NCBI GenBank assembly: GCA_031366795.1
Contig: JANLOX010000355.1
Coordinates: 1-14,248, forward strand
DNA: 14,248 nt
Direction of reading: 5' to 3'
Origin: Candidatus Eiseniibacteriota bacterium
GTDB taxonomy: Bacteria; Eisenbacteria; RBG-16-71-46
The position numbers were made by a program, and so were the translations under genes. Below the pieces are notes generated by a model. It saw nothing but the letters and a program-made list of their open reading frames with translations, was not told the origin of the DNA and did not search any database. This document shows, piece by piece, positions 8,076 through 14,248 of this stretch (position 1 is its first letter; each line of letters opens with the position of its first letter).

Positions 8076-8104
8076 GAATCGACCCCTGCGCGGGCGGTCT
8101 TTAG
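8076..8104 (-). promoter_or_regulatory. Possible sigma28 (FliA/SigD)-type promoter for the DUF11 surface protein
   Basis: Minus strand reads CTAAAG-N15-GTCGATTC, compared with the consensus TAAA-N15-GCCGATAA. Confidence 0.3.
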
Positions 8105-8154
8105 CCTTGTGAGCGCCAATGAATTCGCGGGCGCTGACGTGCTGGCTCCCCGGC

Positions 8155-9192
8155 TCAAGGACGCGCCGCACGGAAGTGATCGTAGCCAGCGGGAGCCAGC
8201 GGCCTAACGCCGCCGCTGGCGTCTTTTAGAACAACTCCCGGACGGCTGGAAAATACCCCCACAAAGGTCAGTGGAATATCCAATTGCGCCGCAATCGACA
8301 GGCATCCCTCGCGGCCCGCGGGATCGACTGCCAGCACCAACTCGTAGTCGTCCGAGGCGCCAAAGCGCAACTCATCGAGCGGCTCCCCGAGTTCGCGAGC
8401 AGCAGCTGCGAGTTCCACGTCATTCGGCAGGATCTCCCCCGCCAGCCGGGCGCCCACACCGCTGGCCTCGCATAAGCGCGCCAGGTCGCTGGCCCAGCCA
8501 TCGGAGATGTCGATGGCGGCGCTGACCCAGCCCGTGCGCTCCAGCGTTCGCGCCAGTTCGACACGCGCGCGGGGGGAGCGCCACGCCGCGACGAGCCCCG
8601 CCCATCGTGAATCGCCCAGCGCAGCAGCATCACGGCTCGCCAGCCCAATGTTCGCACCAGAGCGCCCCGGCGATCCCGTCACCGCGATCAACTGGCCGGG
8701 ACGCGCGCCCGCGCGTGTCCATGCCTTGCCGGCGAGGCACTCGCCCATCAGCGTCAGCGTCAGCCATTCATCACCGCTCACCGCCGTGAGGTTGCCGCCC
8801 GCGATCACCGCGCCATGGCGCGCGAGCGCCAAGGCAATGCCGCGCTGGATCGCGACGAGATCCTCGACTGCATGTTCGCGCCGCGCGCCCAATGACACCA
8901 GGGCCCAGCGGGGCTCGGCGGCCATCGCGGCGAGATCGCTGAGATTCGCCTCGGCGAGGCGCGCGCCCAATTGCGGGGCGTCGATCCAGTCGCGCCGGAA
9001 GTGCACGCGGTCAACGAACGTGTCGGTCGTGACGACGAGGTCGTGCCCCGGCCGGGGCCGCATGACCGCCGCATCGTCGCCTGAGCCAAGCACCAATTGG
9101 CCCGCCGCCGTCGCGTCCGTCGGCACGGGCGCGACACCCACCAGGCGGCGAATCAGCTCGAACTCCCCGAGATCGCCGAGCGTTTCGTTCAT
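8155..9192 (-). CDS. thiL: Thiamine-monophosphate kinase
   Basis: GEFELI N-terminus, GDDAA, TTDTFVDRVHF, NLSDLAAM, DISDG, DDYEL and C-terminal GYDHF. Start placed at ATG 9192 (MNETLGDLGEF). Confidence 0.93.
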   Translation of the reverse strand: MNETLGDLGEFELIRRLVGVAPVPTDATAAGQLVLGSGDDAAVMRPRPGHDLVVTTDTFVDRVHFRRDWIDAPQLGARLAEANLSDLAAMAAEPRWALVSLGARREHAVEDLVAIQRGIALALARHGAVIAGGNLTAVSGDEWLTLTLMGECLAGKAWTRAGARPGQLIAVTGSPGRSGANIGLASRDAAALGDSRWAGLVAAWRSPRARVELARTLERTGWVSAAIDISDGWASDLARLCEASGVGARLAGEILPNDVELAAAARELGEPLDELRFGASDDYELVLAVDPAGREGCLSIAAQLDIPLTFVGVFSSRPGVVLKDASGGVRPLAPAGYDHFRAARP

Positions 9193-9199
9193 GCGGCGG

Positions 9200-9210
9200 A
9201 AACTACCACA
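9200..9210 (-). promoter_or_regulatory. Candidate extended -10 promoter (TGTG-G-TAGTTT) for leaderless thiL
   Basis: TRTGnTAnnnT match 7 nt upstream of the thiL ATG; no Shine-Dalgarno sequence. Confidence 0.5.
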
Positions 9211-9231
9211 GGGCTTGGGATTGGGCTCGTC

Positions 9232-9249
9232 GTTCTCTAATTGGAAAAT
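9232..9249. promoter_or_regulatory. Putative operator O1 (GTTCTCTAATTGGAAAAT)
   Basis: Quasi-palindrome TTYTCYA-NN-TRGARAA, repeated at 9341 and 9540. Confidence 0.6.
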
Positions 9250-9340
9250 AGCGGATTGGGCAACCCTAAGAATTGCCCCGCGCTCCCTCCACGTGGTAAG
9301 GCCCAGCCGGGCCGGGCCCGTGATTCCACATATCCCACAC

Positions 9341-9358
9341 GTTCTCCACATGGAAAAT
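9341..9358. promoter_or_regulatory. Putative operator O2 (GTTCTCCACATGGAAAAT)
   Basis: Same quasi-palindrome, upstream of the XRE regulator start. Confidence 0.6.
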
Positions 9359-9401
9359 TTACCGTGGCATCGATTGTCTCATTGGCCTACCCTGTGCGGG
9401 A

Positions 9402-10256
9402 ATGAGGCTAGCCCGCAAACCCCCACAAACAAAACGCCCCGCGGATCCCGTGGCGCAACTCATTCACGCCCAACGCACACGGCGCGATTGGTCATTCGCC
9501 AAGCTGGCGGCCGCGGCCGGACTACAATCACCCGCCTACGTTTTCCACATAGAGAACGGCACGAAGACCCCGCGCCCTGCGGTTGCTCGCAGGCTGGCAG
9601 AGGCTTTGGGGTTGGACGCGGAGCTCTTGGTCGCATGGGCGATCAGTCGTGGACGCGCGGACCTGGCGTCGTCGCTCCAAGCCGCGGAGCGGGTCCGGGC
9701 ATGGCTCGAGGAGACCCGTGCGCTGCCCCTTCCGGCAGGGGAGGGGGAGAGGGGAGAAGCATCGAGCAGGGCGTCAGCCGCTGCGTCCACACAACCCCCG
9801 GACACCGGACAAGGCACCGCACCACTCACCTCACCCGGCTCCATTACAATCCCGGTGTTGCCCGAGGGCGCCGATCCGCTGGCGGGCGACATCGCCGAGC
9901 GCGCCATCGAGACGATTCATGTCGAGCGCTCGATGTTGCCGCCGCTTAATGCCGGCGCGCGGCTCGTCGCCTTCCGACTGAGCGCCCACGGCGCGCGGCG
10001 CATTCCCGAATCGTTGCGAGCGGGCGATTGCGTCGTCGTGTTGCTCGGCGATGAACCGGCCGGCCCGGACACGCCATGCGCGATTCGCGTCGGCGCGCGC
10101 GTCGAGATCATGCGGCAGCCCGCTAGCGCGCCCGCCACACACTTGCCGCCGCCACGACCAGCGCACGATAGTGAAGCCTCCGCCACGCGCACCGCGGCAG
10201 CGGAGCGCGGCCGGCTGGTGGGCCGCGTGGTGCTGGCTATTCGCCGTTGGCTGTGA
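9402..10256 (+). CDS. XRE/Cro-CI family HTH transcriptional regulator with a degenerate peptidase S24-like C-terminal domain
   Basis: HTH_3-like segment QRTRRDWSFAKLAAAAGLQSPAYVFHIENGTKTPRPAVARRLAEALGLD. The C-terminal pattern IPVL...VAFRL...LRAGDCVVV...AIRVG...LVGRVVLAIR follows the S24 beta-fold pattern. Confidence 0.8.
   Translation: MRLARKPPQTKRPADPVAQLIHAQRTRRDWSFAKLAAAAGLQSPAYVFHIENGTKTPRPAVARRLAEALGLDAELLVAWAISRGRADLASSLQAAERVRAWLEETRALPLPAGEGERGEASSRASAAASTQPPDTGQGTAPLTSPGSITIPVLPEGADPLAGDIAERAIETIHVERSMLPPLNAGARLVAFRLSAHGARRIPESLRAGDCVVVLLGDEPAGPDTPCAIRVGARVEIMRQPASAPATHLPPPRPAHDSEASATRTAAAERGRLVGRVVLAIRRWL
9540..9557. promoter_or_regulatory. Putative intragenic operator O3 (GTTTTCCACATAGAGAAC) within the HTH-coding sequence
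   Basis: Same quasi-palindrome in inverted orientation; it coincides exactly with codons GTT TTC CAC ATA GAG AAC (V-F-H-I-E-N). Confidence 0.55.
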
Positions 10257-10281
10257 CGTCCATCTCGAGAAGGTCTCACTC

Positions 10282-11262
10282 ATGATTTCAGCGCTTCGCT
10301 CCAAATACGTCGCTCTCGCACTCGCGACATTCGCGCTGATCACGCTCGCCTCCTGCGCCAGGCGCTCCGAAGTGCGCGGCCACGGCACGATCGAGATCGA
10401 CGAGATCGACGTCGCCTCGCTGGTCGGCGGCCGCGTCGCTCGGCTCGCGGTCGACGAGGGCGATAGCGTGCGCGCCGGTGACACGCTGGTGGTGCTCGAT
10501 CGCGGCGAAGTCGGCGCGGCATTGACGGCGCAGGCGGCGCAGGCAGAAAAGGCGGCCGCGCAATACCAGGACATGCGCTCGGGGCCGCGCACGCCGGAAA
10601 TCATCAGCGCCCGCGCCCAAGCGGCCGCGGCGAACTCCGCCGTGGAAATCACGGAGCGCGAATTCCAGCGCATGCAGGAACTGATGAACAGCCACGTTAT
10701 CTCGGCCTCCGAGCTCGACCGCTCCAAGAGCGCGCGCGACGCCGCGGTGGCGCGGCGCGATGCCGCCAGCGAACAACTCAAACTGCTCGAGAACGGCTTC
10801 CGCAAAGGACAGATCGATGCGGCCCAACACGGCCTCGAAGTCGCACGCGCCGAACTGCTCGCCAGCCGCAGCCGCGCAGGCGAACTGGTGCTCGTGGCGC
10901 CCTCGAACGGCATCGTGCTGCTGCGCAACTTCGAAGTCGGGGAGATCGCTGCCCCGGGCCAGGCCGTCGTGACACTCGGCGATCCGGACAGGCTGTGGAT
11001 GCGCGTCTATCTCGCGGCACCCGAATTACCGCGCGTGCATCGCGGCGACGCCGTCGAGGCGACCGTCATGGGCTCGAAGCAGTCCTTCAAAGGGCACGTC
11101 GTCGAGATCGCCACCGAAGCCGAGTTCACGCCGCGCTCGGCGCTGACCGAGGAAGAGCGCGCGAACCTGGTGTTCGGGGTGAAGGTCCGCTTCGATCCGA
11201 CCGCCGGCGTGCTCAAGCCCGGCCTGCCCGCCGAAGCGCGCTTCCCGGGCGCGCAGCCGTGA
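10282..11262 (+). CDS. HlyD/YbhG-like periplasmic adaptor (membrane fusion protein), probable lipoprotein
   Basis: Lipobox LASC; lipoyl-like motif GGRVARLAVDEGDSVRAGDTL; coiled-coil hairpin; LVAPSNG; AEFTPR...RANLVFGVKV...LKPGLPAEA, typical of YbhG-like MFPs. ATG at 10282. Confidence 0.9.
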   Translation: MISALRSKYVALALATFALITLASCARRSEVRGHGTIEIDEIDVASLVGGRVARLAVDEGDSVRAGDTLVVLDRGEVGAALTAQAAQAEKAAAQYQDMRSGPRTPEIISARAQAAAANSAVEITEREFQRMQELMNSHVISASELDRSKSARDAAVARRDAASEQLKLLENGFRKGQIDAAQHGLEVARAELLASRSRAGELVLVAPSNGIVLLRNFEVGEIAAPGQAVVTLGDPDRLWMRVYLAAPELPRVHRGDAVEATVMGSKQSFKGHVVEIATEAEFTPRSALTEEERANLVFGVKVRFDPTAGVLKPGLPAEARFPGAQP

Positions 11263-11999
11263 GCACGGCCTTGGGGGAGGCCGTCGTCGTCGATGGGCTG
11301 ACGAGGCGATTCGGAACCCTCACGGCGGTCGACAACGTCTCGCTGTCGATCCGCGCCGGCGAATTGTTCGGCATGCTCGGCCCCAATGGCTCGGGCAAGA
11401 CGACGCTGATCCGCATGTTGTGCGGCCTGCTGGTTCCCAGCGCGGGCACGGCGCGTGTTGCCGGTATCGATGTGGGGAAGGAGCCGGATCGCGTGAAGGA
11501 ACACATCGGCTACATGTCGCAGGCCTACGGCCTCTACCGCGATCTCACCGCGGAAGAGAACCTCAAGTTCTACGGTGGCGTCTACGGACTCGGCCCCGAA
11601 CTCAAGCAACGCGTGGCATGGGCCACGGAGCGCATGCGGCTCGGCGAACTGGGGGGCCGGCTCTCCGGCGTGCTCTCGGGCGGCCAGAAGCAACGCGTCG
11701 CCCTCGGTTGCGCCTTGATGCACCGCCCGCCCGTGCTGTTCCTCGACGAACCCACCGCCGGCGTCGACCCGGCCGCACGCCGCATGTTCTGGGAGATCAT
11801 CCGCAGCCTCACCGCGGAAGGCGTGACGATCATCTGCACCACGCACTACATGGACGAGGCCGAACGCTTCGACCGGCTGGTATTCCTCTCGCGCGGCCAC
11901 GTCACCGCGCTCGGGACGCCTGCCGAAGTACGGGCGAAATACGGCGCGACCGCGAGCCTCGAGGACGTGTTCATCCTACTCCAGGACAAGGACTCATGA
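11259..11999 (+). CDS. ABC transporter ATP-binding protein (ABC-2/YbhF-like, single NBD)
   Basis: Walker A GPNGSGKT, Q-loop YMSQ, signature LSGGQ, Walker B LFLDEP, H-loop TTHYMDEAE. The GTG start overlaps the upstream stop (GTGA). Confidence 0.93.
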   Translation: MSTALGEAVVVDGLTRRFGTLTAVDNVSLSIRAGELFGMLGPNGSGKTTLIRMLCGLLVPSAGTARVAGIDVGKEPDRVKEHIGYMSQAYGLYRDLTAEENLKFYGGVYGLGPELKQRVAWATERMRLGELGGRLSGVLSGGQKQRVALGCALMHRPPVLFLDEPTAGVDPAARRMFWEIIRSLTAEGVTIICTTHYMDEAERFDRLVFLSRGHVTALGTPAEVRAKYGATASLEDVFILLQDKDS

Positions 12000-13123
12000 G
12001 CCCCCGCCGCCTGCGCGCCATCTTCGTGAAGGAATTCACGCAGATGCGCCGCGATCGCGCGACGCTGCGCCTGATGCTCGTGATCCCCGTCATGCAGCTG
12101 CTGATCTTCGGCTATGCCATCCGCATGGACGTACGCAACCTGCCGCTCGCGGTATTCGACCAGAGCCGCACGCAGGAGAGCCGCGCGCTGGTGCAACAGT
12201 TCGAGGCGACCCGCAATTTCAAGGTCACGCAACACGTGTCGTCCTACGAACTGGCCCAGCGCCTGATCGACGCCGGGGATGCGCACTCAGCCATCGTGAT
12301 CCCCGAGGACTACGCGCGCGCCATCAAGCGCATGCAGGGGGCGCGCGTGCAGGTGCTCGTCGATGCCAGCTCGCCGACCGCGGCGCAGGGCGCGATCGCG
12401 GCGGCGCAGATGGTCGGCCAGCGCGCCAACGTCCAGATGCTGCTCCAGCGCGCGGGAGGGCAGATCAAGGGCGACGCGACGCCGGTCGATATCCGCGTCC
12501 GCCCGCTCTATAACCCTGCGCTGTCGAGCCCCTTGTTCATCGTGCCCGGGATCATCGGCATGATCCTGTCGAACGTGCTGATCATCATCACCGCGCTGTC
12601 GATCGTGCGCGAGCGCGAATACGGCACGCTCGAACAGTTGATCGTCACCCCGCTGACCCGCACCGAATTGATGCTCGGCAAACTGTCGCCCTACATCTTC
12701 GTCGGCTTCTTCCAGATCACGGCGGTCCTGCTGCTCGGGCACTTCCTGTTCCATGTGCCGATCCAGGGCAGCCTGCTGCTGATCTACGCCACCTCATTCC
12801 TGTTCGTGGTCGCCAGCCTCGGCCTGGGACTGTTGATCTCGACGCTCGTCACGGCGCAGGCGCCGGCGATGCAGACCGCCTTCATGTTCCTGCTGCCGAA
12901 CGTGCTGTTGTCGGGCTTCATGTTCCCGCGGGAGGCGATGCCGACGATCGCGCGCGACATCGGCCTGTTCCTGCCGCTGACCTATTACCTCGAAATTCTC
13001 CGCGGCATCATTCTGAAGGGCGTGGGCCTGCGCGAGTTGTGGGTGCAAGCCCTGGCCCTCGTGGGATTCGCGGTGCTGTACTTCACCATCGCCACGCTGC
13101 GCTTCCACAAGAAGCTCGCCTGA
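11996..13123 (+). CDS. ABC-2 type permease (YbhS/YbhR-like)
   Basis: KEFTQMRRDR N-terminus, large periplasmic loop, YNP...VPG, IVREREYGTLEQLIVTP, LSGFMFP and PLTY. ATGA overlap with the ATPase stop. Confidence 0.92.
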   Translation: MSPRRLRAIFVKEFTQMRRDRATLRLMLVIPVMQLLIFGYAIRMDVRNLPLAVFDQSRTQESRALVQQFEATRNFKVTQHVSSYELAQRLIDAGDAHSAIVIPEDYARAIKRMQGARVQVLVDASSPTAAQGAIAAAQMVGQRANVQMLLQRAGGQIKGDATPVDIRVRPLYNPALSSPLFIVPGIIGMILSNVLIIITALSIVREREYGTLEQLIVTPLTRTELMLGKLSPYIFVGFFQITAVLLLGHFLFHVPIQGSLLLIYATSFLFVVASLGLGLLISTLVTAQAPAMQTAFMFLLPNVLLSGFMFPREAMPTIARDIGLFLPLTYYLEILRGIILKGVGLRELWVQALALVGFAVLYFTIATLRFHKKLA

Positions 13124-13150
13124 GTTTCTTGCGGAGCAGGAGTTCTCTAC

Positions 13151-13492
13151 ATGCCATCACCCGAAGACCTCGAACGCCTCGCCAAGGACTGCGACATCAC
13201 GCCCTACCGTTCCTCCGGGCCGGGCGGGCAGAAGAAGAACAAGACCGAGTCGAGCATTCGCATCCTGCACCGCCCGAGCGGCACCACGCGGCTCGCCACC
13301 AAGAGCCGCTCCCAGCTCCGCAACAAGGAGGCCGCGCTCGAGAGCCTGTGGATCGAACTGCAACGGCGCGCCCGCAAGCGCAAACCACGCGTGCCGACCA
13401 AGCCGACGGGGGCCGCCAAGAAGCGGCGGCTCGACTCGAAGCGGCGCGATTCCGACACCAAGAAACTGCGCCGCAAGGACAGCGATGAGTAG
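13151..13492 (+). CDS. arfB: Peptidyl-tRNA hydrolase domain / ribosome rescue factor (ArfB/C12orf65-like GGQ protein)
   Basis: SSGPGGQKKNKTES, RSQLRNKEAA and the basic tail RKPRVPTKPTGAAKKRRLDSKRR...KKLR. AGGAG Shine-Dalgarno at 13138-13142. Confidence 0.8.
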   Translation: MPSPEDLERLAKDCDITPYRSSGPGGQKKNKTESSIRILHRPSGTTRLATKSRSQLRNKEAALESLWIELQRRARKRKPRVPTKPTGAAKKRRLDSKRRDSDTKKLRRKDSDE

Positions 13493-13552
13493 GGAAGAGG
13501 CAGTGCTGCTGCCGCGATTCACGAGCGCCCCCAACGTAACGTCGAGGATCCC

Positions 13553-14167
13553 ATGATCCCGCTGTTTCCCAAGCAAGAGGACTTCTTCACGCTGTTCAAG
13601 CGCCAGTCCACGATGGTGCGCCAAGGTTGCAGCATGCTGCACGACATGATGGAGAACTTCGACCATCTCGAGGACCGCGCCCGCAAGCTCAAGCAGGTCG
13701 AGCACAACGCCGACCTCGTCACGCACGAGATCTTTGAGCGGCTGAACCGCACCTTTATCACGCCGCTCGAGCGCGAGGACATCCACGCGCTCGCCTCTGG
13801 GCTCGATGACGTGCTCGATTCCGCCGAAGCGATCGCCAGCCGGCTGCTGTTGTTCAAGATCCCCAACGCCACTTCGGAGGCGCGCCAGCTGACGGCGATC
13901 CTCGACCAGTGTGGCGGCCAGATCGACCAGGAGGTCGACCACCTGAGGGACATGAAAATCTTGATGGCGTTCACCATCGTGATCAACGGCCTCGAGAACG
14001 AAGCCGACATCGTGTCGCGCCAGGCAGTCGCAGACCTGTTCTCGGGGCGTCACGATATCCTCGACGTGCTGCGCTGGAAGGAGATTTACGGCCGCCTCGA
14101 GAACGCCGCGGACAACTGCGAGGACGTGGCGAACGCCATCGAGGCCATCGTGCTCAAGAGCCGGTGA
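13553..14167 (+). CDS. DUF47 / PhoU-like phosphate transport regulator (Pit accessory protein)
   Basis: EHNADLVTHEI...LNRTFITPLEREDI...LDDVLD, LENEAD and KEIYGRLE...DNCEDVA motifs; GAGGA upstream; coupled to a pit gene. Confidence 0.92.
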   Translation: MIPLFPKQEDFFTLFKRQSTMVRQGCSMLHDMMENFDHLEDRARKLKQVEHNADLVTHEIFERLNRTFITPLEREDIHALASGLDDVLDSAEAIASRLLLFKIPNATSEARQLTAILDQCGGQIDQEVDHLRDMKILMAFTIVINGLENEADIVSRQAVADLFSGRHDILDVLRWKEIYGRLENAADNCEDVANAIEAIVLKSR

Positions 14168-14248
14168 TGCCGCACCTGCCGCCAGCCCTGCTCGTCATCA
14201 TCGCGGTGGCGTTGTTCTTCGACTACAGCAACGGCTTCCACGACGCCG
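14167..14248 (+). CDS. pit: Inorganic phosphate transporter, PiT family (5' fragment running off the window)
   Basis: TGATG overlap with the DUF47 stop; translates as MPHLPPALLVIIAVALFFDYSNGFHDA, the start of the PiT NGFHDxxN signature. Confidence 0.88.
   Translation, partial: MPHLPPALLVIIAVALFFDYSNGFHDA

Noticed and set aside
8112..8135. AGCGCC/GGCGCT hairpin downstream of thiL as a terminator
   Set aside because: Only a 6-bp stem with a long loop and no U-tract on the thiL strand.
9193..9401. TPP riboswitch upstream of thiL
   Set aside because: No GCTGAGA / CCTGA...AATGC-like thi-box core is visible on the minus strand, and thiL appears leaderless.
9738..9771. G-run cluster (GGGG-A-GGGGG-AGA-GGGG...GGG) as a G-quadruplex
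   Set aside because: The fourth run is separated by a long loop, and the sequence is explained by Gly/Glu/Arg codons in a linker.
8507..9949. 480-aa plus-strand ORF and the other long antisense or alternate-frame ORFs (e.g. 2802..3641, 6090..7073, 9831..10928, 11007..11900, 13157..14053)
   Set aside because: Typical stop-poor shadow frames in GC-rich DNA; they overlap well-supported genes and carry no recognisable motifs.
9402..10256. Prophage repressor or true LexA marking a prophage or SOS locus
   Set aside because: No integrase, phage genes or att sites are present; the HTH is XRE-type rather than the LexA winged helix and the catalytic dyad is missing.

Overview
GC-rich bacterial chromosomal segment with 13 plausible CDSs and no rRNA, tRNA, CRISPR array or mobile element that I can support. 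The outer-membrane protein points to a diderm; an FCB-like or candidate-phylum origin is only an impression. Gene order: M13 metallopeptidase (-), OmpA-family protein with five TSP3-type repeats (+), bidirectional terminator, DUF2231 membrane protein (-), ICMT/Ste14-family methyltransferase (+), Ogt-type DNA alkyltransferase (+), secreted GATase-like/DUF11 protein (-), thiL (-), then a co-oriented (+) run: XRE-HTH regulator with a degenerate S24-like C-terminus, HlyD-type adaptor, ABC ATPase, ABC-2 permease, ArfB/C12orf65-like GGQ protein, DUF47 and a truncated PiT transporter. The most notable signal is an 18-bp quasi-palindrome (G-TTYTCYA-NN-TRGARAA-Y) present twice in the thiL/regulator intergenic region and a third time as the six codons at the end of the regulator's own predicted recognition helix. 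Other points of interest: the apparently non-cleavable CI/LexA-like regulator, several apparently leaderless genes and a Cys/His-bearing GATase-like head on an Ig-like stalk. All assignments come from motif recognition only; no database searches were run.
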